A stretch of DNA of 62,499 bases, counting the filler, from Dugesia japonica (taxonomy: Eukaryota), in NCBI GenBank assembly GCA_001938525.1. It is 5 parts of 5 records of this genome, joined end to end, with 100 filler letters (N's around TTAATTAATTAA, not from the genome) between each part and the next. Parts side by side here need not be neighbours in the genome. Positions count along the whole stretch, not along the records: positions 12,036 to 21,278 come from MQRL01569013.1; positions 21,379 to 30,733 come from MQRL01640909.1; 3 more parts are not named here. One strand, given 5' to 3'. The notes below the pieces were generated by a model. The model saw nothing but the letters and a program-made list of their open reading frames with translations, was not told the DNA's origin and did no database searches. Below are positions 13,106-26,659 of the stretch, piece by piece. Position 1 is the first letter of the stretch, and every line of letters begins with the position of its first letter. The position numbers and the translations under genes are program-made.

Positions 13106-13561
13106 AATCATGTAAAGTAGCCAAATTGCTATTAAATAATTTCAAGGGTTATGTGAGATAATAAATTATGAGAACTGTTTTAGAGATGAAAAATATTCGA
13201 TTCATCTGTTAAATATATGATTATTATTTTAGGAACATCAATTTGTACACCTAGTGTTATTCTGTTATTGATTTCAGAAATAGAGTCTCGTGCTATCTTG
13301 ATAAGAATTTCAATGCCATAGTACATGATTTTTTTAATATTTCTCTAACACAAAACGGAAAGAAGATATGGTACATGAACTCGAGATATTAAAGAAACGT
13401 TTGTTTTTATAGCATTAAAAAATTTTATAAAATGAAGAAATCATGGCAGTACGAAATAAAGAGTTATTTAATAAAAGGAAAAAATTAGATTGATTAATTA
13501 AAAATAAATATATTAATAATTTTTTTTAGATAATTAGTCATTTAATTGATTAATTAAACTA

Positions 13562-14020
13562 TCGGGTATACCTTGAAGTCTCCGTGGTTTTCGAATATGC
13601 CGCATAAATCATAGTATCAAAGTAAACATATTGAAATAAATATGTTTGATGAAAGTTTTTACATGGATTTTATTATAGTGAATCAATTACTGTAATGGTT
13701 TGTCTTTTATATGAATTTCAGCTGCACAAAAATGGTTCTCCAGATTAACCAAATGCAACAGTAAGGGGAAGATGACGAACGCACCAGAAGTCCTTTATTG
13801 ATCTGTAACAATGACTTATAAAATCAATTGAAACAAAGTTTAATTTGTCATGTCAAGATTTGTCAAAGATCTTCAATGTTGTCAAGGAAACATTTCATTA
13901 GCAATTATAACACTAATTATTTTGATGAACAAAATCTTATTTTTTGATTTATATTTTACATTTTATTTGACTTTCCTGATTTGATAAACAAAAACCGCGT
14001 GAACTTTCCGGTTTACCTGA
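13562..14020. mobile_element. Tc1/mariner-type MITE
   Basis: TA on both flanks. Inverted ends tcgggtataccttgaagtctccgtggtttt / aaaaccgcgtgaactttccggtttacctga. Confidence 0.65.
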
Positions 14021-14635
14021 TATACTATAATATTATAGAACAATTTTTTTAACCTTAAATTTTTTTGGTTCACTAAAATACATTGAATTAGGTCCCGTAT
14101 TTATTTCACTGTTAGATTTTAATTACGGTTTTTTATTTTCTGATAACAAGCAACCATAATTATTATAATCATGTGTAATGGCAGTTTTATTAAGTGATGA
14201 AATCATTTCTTGATTAGTAGGAAATAAATTTGAATAAATGTTTTTCTATATTGTATTTGCTTTTCTGTTCAAAAACTTCGCAATTCTAAAAGGAAGTATT
14301 TCAAAAATTGATGAATTGATAGTTTTTTTAAGACTAATTTGTGAATAGTTCAATCGTGTGACTCGTGCTTAATCCAGTTCTGTGTAAATATATGCTAGGT
14401 TTATTTCATACAAACACATTTTCAAATAAATTTACTAGTAACAAACAAGGGCGGATCCACAGTAGGGGCGATGGAGGCGATCGCCCCCTCCTTAACCGAA
14501 TATAGAAAAAGCTATATAACGAAAACAAACGACAGACCCTCACGAATATTAGGATGGTAGTATGATAAAGTAAAAATAATTAATGAAAACAATTTTTTAT
14601 CTAAAAGTCCGATTGAATATCAAAATAATTGCTAA

Positions 14636-15100
14636 AGTAAATAGATAATGGCGCACTAAACCACACCACCGACAACAAAGTGGTTCAGAAATTTGGTTTG
14701 AAATTTTTTTTTGTAATCTAGGATCTATCTAACTAGTGTAAAAAATATTAAATACTAAAAATTATAAATTAAATAAATTTTATAATAAAATTAATCTTAA
14801 ATAAAAATTGTACTTGTTTGTTTTTTATTGCTATTTCTATTCATTTCCTAGGGTATACGTTTTGTCGATTTTTAACCGTGTTATTCTTACTCGGCATAAA
14901 ATCCTCTATCGAATAGATGTGTTTGGCTTTAAGGTTTTTGATGTTACTATTTCTTCGGGGACACTTTCTCTTGATTGTTTTGATTGCTATTCTTCTTTTT
15001 ATTGTTCTTCTTTGAGTTAACATTTTCTATAAAACATCTATATAAACCATTGGGTAATTTTTTCTCTATATAAGGCAACGATTTGTTTTACATCATTTTT
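14636..15100. mobile_element. Left terminus of a Maverick-type element, about 190 bp inside a GC-rich hAT-like end starting near 14446
   Basis: agtaaatagataatggcgcactaaaccacacc matches the family terminus. Upstream caaggggcggatcc... resembles a hAT TIR. Right end not identified. Confidence 0.6.
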
Positions 15101-15496
15101 TCATGTCCACTTTTATAATTATTTTGAATATAATCTTAAGAGTATTCTTGTTATCTTGTTTTAAATTAAAGATCCTGATTAACAAATTCATAACATTTTT
15201 AAATATGAAGATATTATTCTGTGTCAAGAATAATTATAAATATTAGTTTTAATGAGATATATTCTTTATTTCTCTATGTTACAGATTTTGGTTTTCTTTT
15301 TATCTTAATTTCTAAATTTTCTAAATAAAAGAGTGTTCAAAATGTTCGCTGTGTTCACAATAAAGATATTTACAAAACAAATATATTTTTAACACAAATA
15401 AGTCTTTGACGATCTTCTAAATAAATCTAGATTTCCGTGTACTACTCTTAAGAATGGGATGGAAAATATTCTATTATGTTAACTTTCACGTCTCTT

Positions 15497-18400
15497 AGTA
15501 GGTAGATACTAGCACACAGCCTCTGAACACATTCAGTAGCCCCCTCCCCACCTTGACGATTTGAAATTTAATCCTAATGTATTTAGTTGGAAATTTAAAA
15601 ATGAAATCATAAATTGCATCATTAGGTAATATTATGTCAGAGAGGTTGTTTTTTCTCTGTGTATTTAGTTGGGAAAATTTTTTACTCACAAATTATGTTA
15701 TGAGATTAATTTCATCGGTGAAATTTTACGTAATAGGATTAAGAGAGGCTAATTTTTTCTGTGTATTTAGTTGAGAAAAATTTTCAGGCTTTTTAAGCAG
15801 CCATATTTTTTAGGCTTTTTAGTTAGGAATTTCCTCGGTGAGAATGAATAAGGTCAATTTTTGGCTGGTTCAGGTAAATTTAGTCGAATATTTTCTCAGG
15901 ACTGGAAAATATGAGTAATTTTTTATAGGATTTGATCAATTTTTGGTTGGTTTCGGTGAAATTGGTCAAATAATTTTTCTTTTTGATCAGTTTGGGCAAA
16001 CTTGGTCAGCTAAAGGTACGTTTTGGACAATTTGGTTGAATTTTTCCTCAGGATAGGTCAATTTTAGTAATTTTGGATTGGTTTTAGATGGATTTTGTCT
16101 AAATTTTACTCGATAAAGTTGAATGAGGTCATCTTTTGGCTGCTTCAGATAAATTTGGTCCAATATTTGATCGGGATTGCTCGGTTTGGGTAATTTTTGG
16201 GTGAATTGGTCGAAATTTTCCTCGTGATATGTAATTTTTGGGTGATTAAGGTGAAATTTGGTCTACAAATTCCTCAGGATTGATAATTTTTTTGTGATTT
16301 AAAGGAAATTGGTTGAACATTTTTCGGTGAGGTTGAATCTGGGCAAACGCGGTTGGTTTAATGTATTTTTTGGGCAATTTGGTTTAATATTTCCTCAGGA
16401 TAGGTCAATTTGAGTAATTTTTGATTGGTTTTAGGTTGATTTTGTCAAAACTTTACTCAGTGAGGTAGAATGAGGTCAATTTTTGGCTGGTTCAAATAAA
16501 TTCGGTCCAATATTTCCTCGGGATTGCTCGGTTTGGGTAATTTAATGTGACTTGGTTAAATCTTTCCTCATGATTAGTAATTTTTTGGTGATTTAGGTGA
16601 AATTGGTTAAACATTTTTTCGGCGAGGTTGAATCTGGACAAACTTGGTCGTTTAAAGGTTAATTCGATCAAAATCTTCCTCGAGAATGATCAGTTTGGGT
16701 AATTTTTGTGTGATTTAGTCGACATTTTCCTTGGAATGGATAATTTTTGGGTGATTTCTTTGAATTTTTCATCGGTATTAGTCAATTTGGGTCAGTTTTG
16801 GACAATTTGGTCAATTATTTCCTCAGTTATGGTTAATTTGGGTCATGGTAATACTTGATGATAGCGAGAGTTGTGTATGCATTGGTAGCAAGAATTGTGT
16901 ATGTTTGCATACTCTCCCTGAGAATATTGACAGTTAAAATCAAGATGATTTACTAAGTATTTTTATGAATGAATTATTAAGACAAGAATCTTGACCGTAT
17001 TAGAATAACTATTACAGAAAAGATTATGGAAATTTTCAACAGTGAATAAAATGTTTCTGTAAATGTTCAACGGTGATTAAAAAGATTGCGAAAATCTTAA
17101 CCAATTTTAGGAAAGTTCCTGTAAATTTCCAATGCAATTAGGACAGTTCCTGTCATTTTTCAATGACTTCAATAAAGTTAAAGTAAATTTTTGAAATAAT
17201 TTCTCATTCTTTTACACAGGAATTTTGAAAATAAAGATTTGTGTATTTTTCAACGATGATTAAAAAGATTGTGAAAATTTTCACAAGCTTTAAAAAGGTT
17301 CCAGTGAATTTAAACGATTTTGCCGTAAAAGTCTCAGATCTGATATATGTATCTGATATATATCTGAAATATATCTGATATATTTAAAATCTGATATATG
17401 GAACATATTATTTCAAAAGTTTAGATTGTTTACCCAAATTCCCATAAAAAACTCATTTAAAAATTTTTAAATGTTTTTACATTATTTAAACAATTTGCCC
17501 GGATTCCCATAAAAAAATTAATTTTAAAAAACTTGAAAATTTAAAAAAGTTCAACTTTTCACATGAATTTCCATAAAATTCTACCCAAACTATCAAACTT
17601 GGCAAAATTATCATTTAAAATCTCCTAAAACTTACTCTTGTGAGAAAATAATTGACCAAATCGTCCAAACTGATCAAAACAGACTTATATGAGAAAGTTT
17701 TGACCAATATTACCTAAACCAAGAAGATATTTGACAAAGACTTTCAAAACTGACCCAAATTAACCATTACTGAGAAAATAATTGACCAAATTTACGTGAA
17801 AATTAGCCTGTGAGCAAATAATTAACCAAGTTTGTCCATACCGAGTAAATAATTGACCAAGTTGTCCAAAACTGACCCAAATTGACTAATACTGATGAAA
17901 AATTCAAAAAAATCACCCAAAAATTATTCATTCCAAGGAAAATGTCGACTAAATCACACAAAAATTACCCAAACTGATCATTCTCGATGAAGATTTTGAT
18001 CGAATTAACCTTTAAACGACCAAGTTTGTCCAGATTCAACCACGCCGAGAAATGTTTAACCAATTTCGCCTAAATCACCAAGAAATTACTAATCACGAGG
18101 AAAGATTTAACCAAGTCCCCTTAAATTACCCAAACCGAGCAATCCCGAGGAAATATTGGACCGAATTTACTTGAACCAGCCAAAAATTGACCTCATTCTA
18201 ACCCACTGAGTAAAGTTTTGACAAAATCAACCTAAAACCAATCAAAAATTACTCAAATTGACCTATCCTGAGGAAATATTAAACCAAATTACCAAAAATT
18301 ACTTTAAGCCGACCACGTTTACCCAAACAGAAGAAATATTTGACCAATATCACCTAAACCAAACCAATAATTGATCAATTTCTAAAAAAAATTACCCATA

Positions 18401-18913
18401 TTTTCCAGTCCCGAGAAAATATTGGACTAAATTCACCTGAACCAACCCAAAATGGACCTTATTCATTCTCACCGAGGAAATTGTCAACCAAATTCACTTG
18501 AACCAACCAAAAATTTACCTCATTCAACCTCACCGATGAAATTACAAACCAAAAAGATATTGATGCTTAAAAAGCCTGAAAAAGTTTCTCAACTAAAATG
18601 CCTAAAAAATACTGCCGCTTAAAAAGCCTGAAAAATTTTCTCAACTAAATCCACTTGAAAATATAGCCTCTCTTAATCCTTTTACATAAAATTTCACCAA
18701 TGAAATTAATCTCATAACATAATTTGTGTGCAAAAAATTTTCCTGATTAAATACACAGGGAAAAAACAAACTCTCTAACATAATATTACCTAATGACGCA
18801 ATTTATGATTTCATTTTTAAATTTCCAATTAAATGTATTATTATTAAATTTCATTATGTCACGGGGGGTCCTACTGAATGTGTGCAGAGGCTGTACGCTA
18901 GTATCTACCTACT
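15497..18913. mobile_element. Non-autonomous Maverick-type element with inverted arms over 1 kb long (foldback-like)
   Basis: Termini AGTAGGTAGATACTAGC...GCTAGTATCTACCTACT. Arms at about 15497-16845 and 17830-18913 are reverse complements built of short degenerate tandem units. Flanks TCTCTT / TCCTTT (imperfect 6-bp TSD). No coding remnant seen. Confidence 0.85.
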
Positions 18914-19532
18914 TCCTTTGCATTCCGAAAATGTCTCCCACTCAAGTTTCAAGTCATCTAATTGAAGTGGTAATATCTGAAGGTACCCGGTCAGAACTAT
19001 ATATTGAATGTTCATTTTCTTCTAATTCTGTTATTTTATTATTGGTTACCACAACAACGGCATTGCTGTGCTGAAGCAAAACAAGTGTACTACTGACAGA
19101 AGCGTGTATTTTCAATTTCAAGAAATCGATAATATACTATTTATAAATGTTAATTTATAGCATATAACATATTAATATTAAAGAATTTCGTCTAAAAGAT
19201 TATAAAATAACTAAATTTGTTTCGATAAAACATTTTTATTTTTTTTAAAAGCAAAATAAAAAAATGGTTATTTTTCTATTTTCATAGAATGTTCAATATT
19301 TCAGTTATGCCTTTTCAGGAAATAATGTTCAATAAATACTGATTACAAAAAAATGAGATAAAAACACAATTTAAATCAATCTGATTAAAATTAATTTTCA
19401 TTTTTTAATAATTGTAACATTAAATTAATGAGAATATTTTCGGTTAATTAGTGAAAACATTAAAATAAATCGTTTTTTTTAATAAAACTTATAAAATAAC
19501 ATGCATAATTTATAAAGAAACATAAGTGAAAT

Positions 19533-19788
19533 GGTATCAGGACAATATCTCCCCGTAAAATTATTTAATTATATTATTTCTTTTCAATTGCAAGTTATAA
19601 TTATTTGAAATAATTAATTATGATATTAAAACCGAAAAATATTTTTTAATATCATAAATAATTATTTGAAATAGTTTTAACATGCAATTGAAAAGAAATT
19701 ATATAATTAAATAATTTTCCGTGTTTAAATTGTCCTGGGGGAATATTGTCCGGGAATATATTGTCCTCTGGGAACTTGTCTTGGAACC
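19533..19788. mobile_element. MULE-type MITE
   Basis: 9-bp TSD AAGTGAAAT / AAGTGAAAA, GG...CC ends and ggacaat/attgtcc subrepeats. A related left end occurs at about 30996. Confidence 0.8.
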
Positions 19789-21440
19789 AAGTGAAAAAAC
19801 ACAAAACCATCCGAACACTTTCAACACAAAAGTAATATTTCATCAGAACAACATCACATAAGATGGAAAACCCTAGGATCTGGCAACANTTCTACACTTC
19901 GTTGGAAAAAACATGAAGAATTACAAATTAAAGAAGATAATCCTAAAATCAATAATCAATCAATTAAGGAATAATTAACCAATTAGAATTCAGTATAATA
20001 AATTAATTCATAATAATATTTCCATTATTAAAAAAAATCATTGAATAAATCAAAAAAGTAAATTCCTAACAAAAACAAATTCGAAAATTAGAATTATTAT
20101 CATAAACAAAAAACAAATTTGATCGAAGCTTTTATTTTAATGAATTCTGAAAAACGATCAATGCTTAATTCCAACAATTATTTTTGTAATAATTGCAATT
20201 GTAAAAAGTTTTTCTTCAAAGAAATTCAGTTATTTTTAATTTATAGATCAATCGTTTGAATTACAGATTATGCCACGAACGTTTGAGATACCCTAATAAA
20301 ATAATAAAATATTTATGATTTCTTGTTACAATATTCATTTTGTTTCTTAGCAAACCATTCTATTTTAACTTATGAAAAGATAATTGGCAAATACCGTTTA
20401 CTTCAAAAAGTAGTAATTTCGATACCATTCTCTATTTTTTCGAAATACTGCTTGGTTAAAAAGTATAATAACTTTCTTTAAAAAAAGATAAACCTTTTGG
20501 GTTACACTTCTCGTCATTTAATTTTTCGATATTTTTATTATATTATTGTTAAAATACTAGACAAATAAATCAATTTAATAAATTTTGATATATTTGTTTT
20601 AATGAAATATTAATTTTCATTTATGTTTACTAAACAATTGAACATTAAAATTCATTTCAAATACTAAATTTCTATGAGATATGCAAATTGAATTGGGATG
20701 ATTAACTGGTTAAACTGTAATTACTCAGTTTTTTTTAATGTAATTCAAGGATAATCACTGGATAAATTATCATATAAATCATCAAATAGTTCTTGACAAA
20801 ATAAATTATAACAATTTTATTTCTATTAATGATTATATTTTATTAAAATTTTCAGATGAAAACAAAACTATTTTCAAAAATCATTTCTTTAAAATTCGAT
20901 TTCAATTATTTTATTTTGAGTTTTTGTAAATTGTTTTATAAATATTGAAATAATAATAAATTATTTTAAAAATATTAAATCACTAAAATTAAGCTCACAA
21001 CATTTAGATATTTCATGTTTTTAATATTTTCATTTTAATCTAATATTAATAATAAAATAAAAATTTAATAAATATTAAAAATTTAATAAATATTAATAAA
21101 AATTTAGACTACTTCTTATGTTGATACAAATTTTTTATTATTTTGCCAAGAGAAATATTAAAATGTAACAATTCAATAAATAAAATAAAAGCACAAAAAT
21201 TGACAAATCGTACTTGAATTATGCATCATGTTGTTCGCCTTATTTCTTTCATTTAATAACAGAAGATCACCCTGAAATNNNNNNNNNNNNNNNNNNNNNN
21301 NNNNNNNNNNNNNNNNNNNNNNTTAATTAATTAANNNNNNNNNNNNNNNNNNNNNNNNNNNNNNNNNNNNNNNNNNNNAGATTGCACAATTGAAATTATT
21401 CAATAATTTAAACTTTATAAAAAGTTTGTTTTAATATTCT

Positions 21441-21490
21441 TTAATAGCTTGATGATGACGTTTATTCCGTCGAAATTGATCGCAAATTAA
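21441..21490 (+). ncRNA. Degenerate minimal hammerhead ribozyme motif (second Penelope-like family)
   Basis: taatagc-TTGATGA-T-GACG-tttattc-CGTC-GAAA-ttga-TC-gcaaatta. Stem II and GAAA are intact, the first core C is T, and stem I is imperfect. Confidence 0.5.
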
Positions 21491-23282
21491 TATTTTAAAA
21501 AATGGTGTTCAATTATTTATTGTTATAAGTTGATAAATTATTATAAATTATTCTTCTAAATTAATTCTAAAATGAAAATCTATTGCTAACGTTTTTTATA
21601 CTTTTTCAACTGGATTAATCAAATTATTGGCAGATGTATCAAGGTCATTATTTATTTTATTCCTAAACATTTAAAGAACAGTTAAAAATTTGTCGACCAA
21701 AATAGAAAATTTGACAGGAAACGTTTTGCTGAATTTGGTTCAAAGAATGTAACAAATCTATATGAATTGATTCCTATAAAAGAACCTAAAAGATTTCACT
21801 GATATCGCAAGCAACTTCTTTGACAAACTCAAAAAAAGCACGCAGATATTCAAGAAATAAAAACGATAAAACTGTTTTACAGTTGACATGTATTATCTTG
21901 GAGCAGTAATGCTAATTTCAAGCAGAAAATCGGTAAAAATGAATGATGAAAGAATTAAAGCTGTATGAATGTCTTCAAATGAAGAAATGAAATTGATTTA
22001 AATGATTTTAAGAAATATATTCAATAAAAAATTTTATAGACAAGAAGATTAAAATATATTATTAATAAATCATGTGTTTTAATCAATTTACTTTTAATCA
22101 TGATTCATTATTTTCACGCGGACAAATTATGGACAAGAAAATTACTTTTTTAAATGCTTTTAAATATTTTAGAAGAATCGGTAAAATTTTTTTAAATTAC
22201 AATTGTAAAATTTTCAATTTCTGTTAGTAATAAATAGCTTAATGAAATATCAATAATGCCAGATTTATTTAAAATGGATTTTAAAAAAACCAATTTAATT
22301 GAAAATATTTTTAGCTGATTAATCTTTTATATCAAATGAAAATATAGCTTCACATTAAATAGTTTTTCCTTAATAACATTTTAGTGCCAATTTTTATTGA
22401 ATATTATATATTTCAATTTTCTTCAAAGGTAAATACTAATAATATTAGTTTTAGATTTATATTTTTAAAAATTTGAAAAATGAATTAATTAAATATTTAT
22501 CCTATTATAAAGACAAAAGCATATTTTTCTTTCAATTTTAAAGAACAATGATTATCAATGAAGATATTCAATGTAGAATCTGCATTTCATCAAAATTTAC
22601 AAATAAATGTTTTTTACCTCCTAATAAGTTAAGTTTTCAGAATATATTAAGTAGTTGAAAATGTATTGAGCCTTTTTCCCGCTTGTGGACTAAGTGTCNC
22701 GTATCTCGCGTATTATAATTCACAATACGTTATATGGTGATTACTGATTTGTATGAAAATTTATGGTTAGATGAAAACTAAAAAGTAAAATAGAACTCGT
22801 ATCCTAAAATGCTTCCTTCCGATCGAAAAATGGGAACAAAGAAGATTGATATATTGAAGACAGAGTGAAGTAGAAACATGATCTCACGCCAAATTTGTTT
22901 TTGAAAGACGCTGAATTACATGACGGGTAAATTGATAGATGAGACAATTTCAGGTGACATTATTATAAAAGTTATTAAACAAAGAAACGTTCAAAGTAAG
23001 ATATAGCCGCTATTTTTTAATTTTTATTCTTGTACAATTTAATAAAGAAATAAAACTACCCATACATTATATTAATCAATAGTATCCAAAAATTGTTTGT
23101 TTCGATACAATTTAGTCAGCAAAAATTAAATGTATAACACAGAAACTTTTTTTATTTTTATTTAAATTCCAGATGTTTTTTACATAAGGAAATAAAGAAA
23201 AACAATTTAAAAACTAAAATTAATTTAATAACAATAACTAAAACTATTTTAAAAACTCTAATATGAGTTCCTTCATAAGCGT

Positions 23283-23546
23283 TTATGAACACGAATCGTC
23301 ACCATTTTCGGTTGCTGAATATAACTTGTTATCAAAAAAGAATAATCCATCCTCAATATCAAAGTATTTCGTTCTTAAAACATAGTTCCAATAATCATCT
23401 TGTCCGAATCGTTTTGATTTACTTTCTAATTTTGGATACATGTCATTTATTATTTTTATTGCAAGATCTAAAAATAAATTAAAACAATATTAATGAAAAC
23501 ATTATTTACCATGTTCACTTATTTCTTCTCCATTTTTTAAAAGCAT
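23283..23546 (-). CDS. Small two-exon orphan gene (73 aa) inside the Maverick arms
   Basis: Exons 23546-23510 and 23467-23283 with a 42-bp GTAAAT...TTTTAG intron. The spliced frame is open from ATG to TAA: MLLKNGEEISEHDLAIKIINDMYPKLESKSKRFGQDDYWNYVLRTKYFDIEDGLFFFDNKLYSATENGDDSCS. TATATAAA at 23587-23580. Confidence 0.6.
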
Positions 23547-25347
23547 TTTAAAATCGTATTTTAACGGAAAATAAATTACTTTATATACAAATTTAATGTA
23601 ACACTACCTGACCAATTAAATTCAACAAATCAACAGTTAGAAATGCTTTGTTTAACTTGAAGTGGCTTGTATTGCACTTATAATGTTTAACCAAGGAAAT
23701 ACCAATCAAAACATGCTAATAATCAAAAGTAACACATTTTGAATTAATAAAATCAATACATAGAAACTATACTTAGTATAAAAGCAACAACATTTAATAA
23801 ATTTTCATTATTTAAATATGCAAATTAATTTAAATATGCAAATTAGGTAGATACGTAAGCACTGGAACACTTGAATTTGTCTGGTCCGGGGGGGGGGTTC
23901 TTGTTCTTTAATATTTTGTTGTTCAATTTTTGTTCTTACAAATTTTTGCTCTTCAATTTTTTTGTGGTTCAATTTTTTGTAGTTCAGATTTTTTGTGGTT
24001 CAAATTTTTGTACTTCAAAGTTTTGGGTGAATTGGTTCAATATTTCCTCAGGGTTGGTAACTTTTAGGTAATTTAGATAAAATTGGTTGAAAATTTCCTC
24101 GATTCGGGTAATTTTTGGGTGATTTAGAAGAAATTAGTTTAAATTTTTCTCGGAGAGGTTAAATTAACAAAAAATAGGACCATCTCTGTGGATTACGGAA
24201 TGCCTACGGAATTTCATGGAATCCAAAAGAAATTCCTGAACAGATCAATACTATATATGTTTCAAGTAATTAAATACAAGTACTTTTTATTTATTTTGTT
24301 ATTTAATATTTTCATTTAGGAACCTGTGAAGATACAACGATCTACTTATAGTTCGCTGATATCCAATATTGGTTCCAAAGACATGAATACTTTGAATTTA
24401 TTATTTTAAAGAATTGAACCAACGATTACAATAAAGGATACAGTTTTCATCAATTACAATGATTCAAAAAGGACTGTTTTCGAAAAGTCCCAAAAATATA
24501 TGATCCAGGTGGAAATACAAGGATTCAAGAAAAATGGATACAACATTAACTCAATTAATATAAAAGTTAATTCTCCAATTTTAAAAATCCGAGACATTTT
24601 ATAAATGTTGTTATTATAATAAATGTTATTTATTTATTTATTTGTCTTTTAACTAATTCTATTTAAATCGTAATATTTAAAAAGATTTACTTATCAAATT
24701 AACTAAATAAAAATCTTATCTCTAAATTATAACTATAAAAATATTCATAAACTTTATTTCAAATAATGAAAAACTGTATGTCAAATAAATTACTTAAAAA
24801 CTCTATTAAATAAGAAAAACTTTACGATAAATATATAACAAAGTAACCAAATAAAATAAACAAGAATCAATTTTAATAACAAAACTTTATTTATTGAAAT
24901 GAATTAGCTTCTCAAGGAGCATATATGTACATATGTAACACTCTCAATGGAACGTAGATATAGCTCCTTATAATATCTAATACTTTTTCATAGTCTTCTT
25001 TTTTCAGGACCATTTTCTTTCTCAATAGAAATATCGCAATAATATCTGAAAATAAAAATGATAAATTATGAATATTTAAAAAATTTAATATTACCCTTTT
25101 CATTAATCAGATCCTAATGGCCATCTGATTCTGCTGATTCATTATATGTTTTTCGAACCTCCTCTATTTGAATATGATACATTTATTTTTAGAATTACCA
25201 CTAATTAAAATTAAAAACGTAATGTGTTATATATAGAATTCTCTGTTTAACACAAATCGACTAATGAAAAACAAGTAATTATCAAACAAGTAAATGCCTT
25301 GTTATAATTGCATTCATATTTCATAACTGTGTATTTATGTTGTAAAA

Positions 25348-25791
25348 TTAAACAATTAAATTATATAAATCGAAAATTATATTATCTATATATCCTTGAT
25401 AGTGTAAATTCTTTATATCAAGTATTAAAATGTTTTCTGATGAAAATACGTTTACACATACAGGATCATACTTTGTAAGTCGTATTGCGGAATAGAATTC
25501 TGGTTCAAACCAACACTTTGTTATTTTTGCTAATTTAAACAAATTAATAACTTGTCCTAAGTTGATTACAATTGTTAATGATTGCCAACAAATATGTTCA
25601 ATATTATACTGTAACTTTTCCATTTTCAACGGTCTTTTACATCCCATTATTTGAGCATTTCCTGATTTAAAGAATATCAATGTATGTTTCTTACTTTTGT
25701 CAACAAATTTAGAAGGTTTACCGATAGGAAACTTCATTTTGCCGGATACATCATGCAATACTTTACCTTTGTAATTAATATTAACTAACAT
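25348..25791 (-). CDS. Element-encoded, intronless TBP-like (TATA-binding protein fold) protein, 147 aa
   Basis: Two TBP half-repeat signatures. TLIFFKSGNAQIMGCK corresponds to TALIFSSGKMVCTGAK. QSLTIVINLGQVINLFKLAK..CWFEPEFYSAIRLTKYDPVCVNVFSSENILIL corresponds to QNMVGSCDVKFPIRLEGL..SYEPELFPGLIYRM..P.IVLLIFVSGKVVLTG. Intact ORF. Confidence 0.85.
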   Translation of the reverse strand: MLVNINYKGKVLHDVSGKMKFPIGKPSKFVDKSKKHTLIFFKSGNAQIMGCKRPLKMEKLQYNIEHICWQSLTIVINLGQVINLFKLAKITKCWFEPEFYSAIRLTKYDPVCVNVFSSENILILDIKNLHYQGYIDNIIFDLYNLIV

Positions 25792-25900
25792 TATTAATGA
25801 TTATTATTAAATGTGAGTGTATATATATGTATTTTAAAGAAATATAATTAATTGATTCATTTAAATCAAGACAAATAAACAATGCATTAAACTTAATATT

Positions 25901-26530
25901 TACAAAATAGAGTTAAAAAATGATGCTGTTTATCAAATTGTAGGTCCAAGCGGTAGTGGAAAAACATTGTTCTTATGCAAGTTACTAAAATTAAATTGAT
26001 TTAAATCAAAGTTTAACAAAATATATTGGCACAGAAATGCAGATGAAGCACACGGGCTGACACAATCAGAATTTTGCAACATAAAAATGAAAATTATATA
26101 TGGATTTGATAATAATTGGAGCAAGAGATTGAAACCGGGAGATGTTATTGTAGTAGATGATCTGTATCAGGAGGCTAATAAAGAAAAAGACTTTAATAAT
26201 TTATTCACAAAAATAAGCAGACATTGTAATGTGACTGTGATACTCATTACACATAATTTATTCCATCAAGTAGGAAGTCATAGAACACGCAATTTAAATG
26301 TACAATACTTGGTTCTATTTATAAATTCAAGCGATCAAACAGTTGTCAATTTTCTAGCAAGACAGGCATATCCTAATAATATACAATTTCTTATTGAATC
26401 ATTTCAAGATGCAACAATAAATCCTCATGGTTATATTTTTCTCGACTTTACACAACAATGTCCAGACAAANTGAGGATGAGAACCAATATTTTNAATAAT
26501 GGTAAGGTAAACGAACAAAAAGCGTATTGA
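25901..26530 (+). pseudogene. Maverick/Polinton DNA-packaging ATPase (A32/FtsK-HerA-like) with one in-frame stop
   Basis: Walker A GPSGSGKT at 25943 is in frame with ORF 26087-26530, separated by TGA at 25997. Walker B VIVVDD, then FTKISRH.N.TVILITHNLF, RT.NLN.QY.VLF, LARQ.YP, F.DAT..PHGYIFLD and R.RTNI, all typical of Maverick ATPases. Confidence 0.92.
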
Positions 26531-26659
26531 AAAAAGAAAAAGGGTGAAAAGAGGAAACAAAGTAAACAATTGAACATTTTTAACTTTTGAAATTCTATGG
26601 TAGGAAAATATCGAACGTAAACGGAAAATTGAAGTTATATAAACAAATACGGGTAAGTT

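Noticed and set aside
12890-13115. Poly-Ile/Leu/Asn ORFs, also at 55135-55568
   Set aside because: Translations of (AAT)n microsatellites and gaps.
15840-16850. Regularly spaced short repeats superficially like a CRISPR array
   Set aside because: Units are degenerate with no unique spacers, there are no cas genes, and the context is eukaryotic. They are TIR subrepeats.
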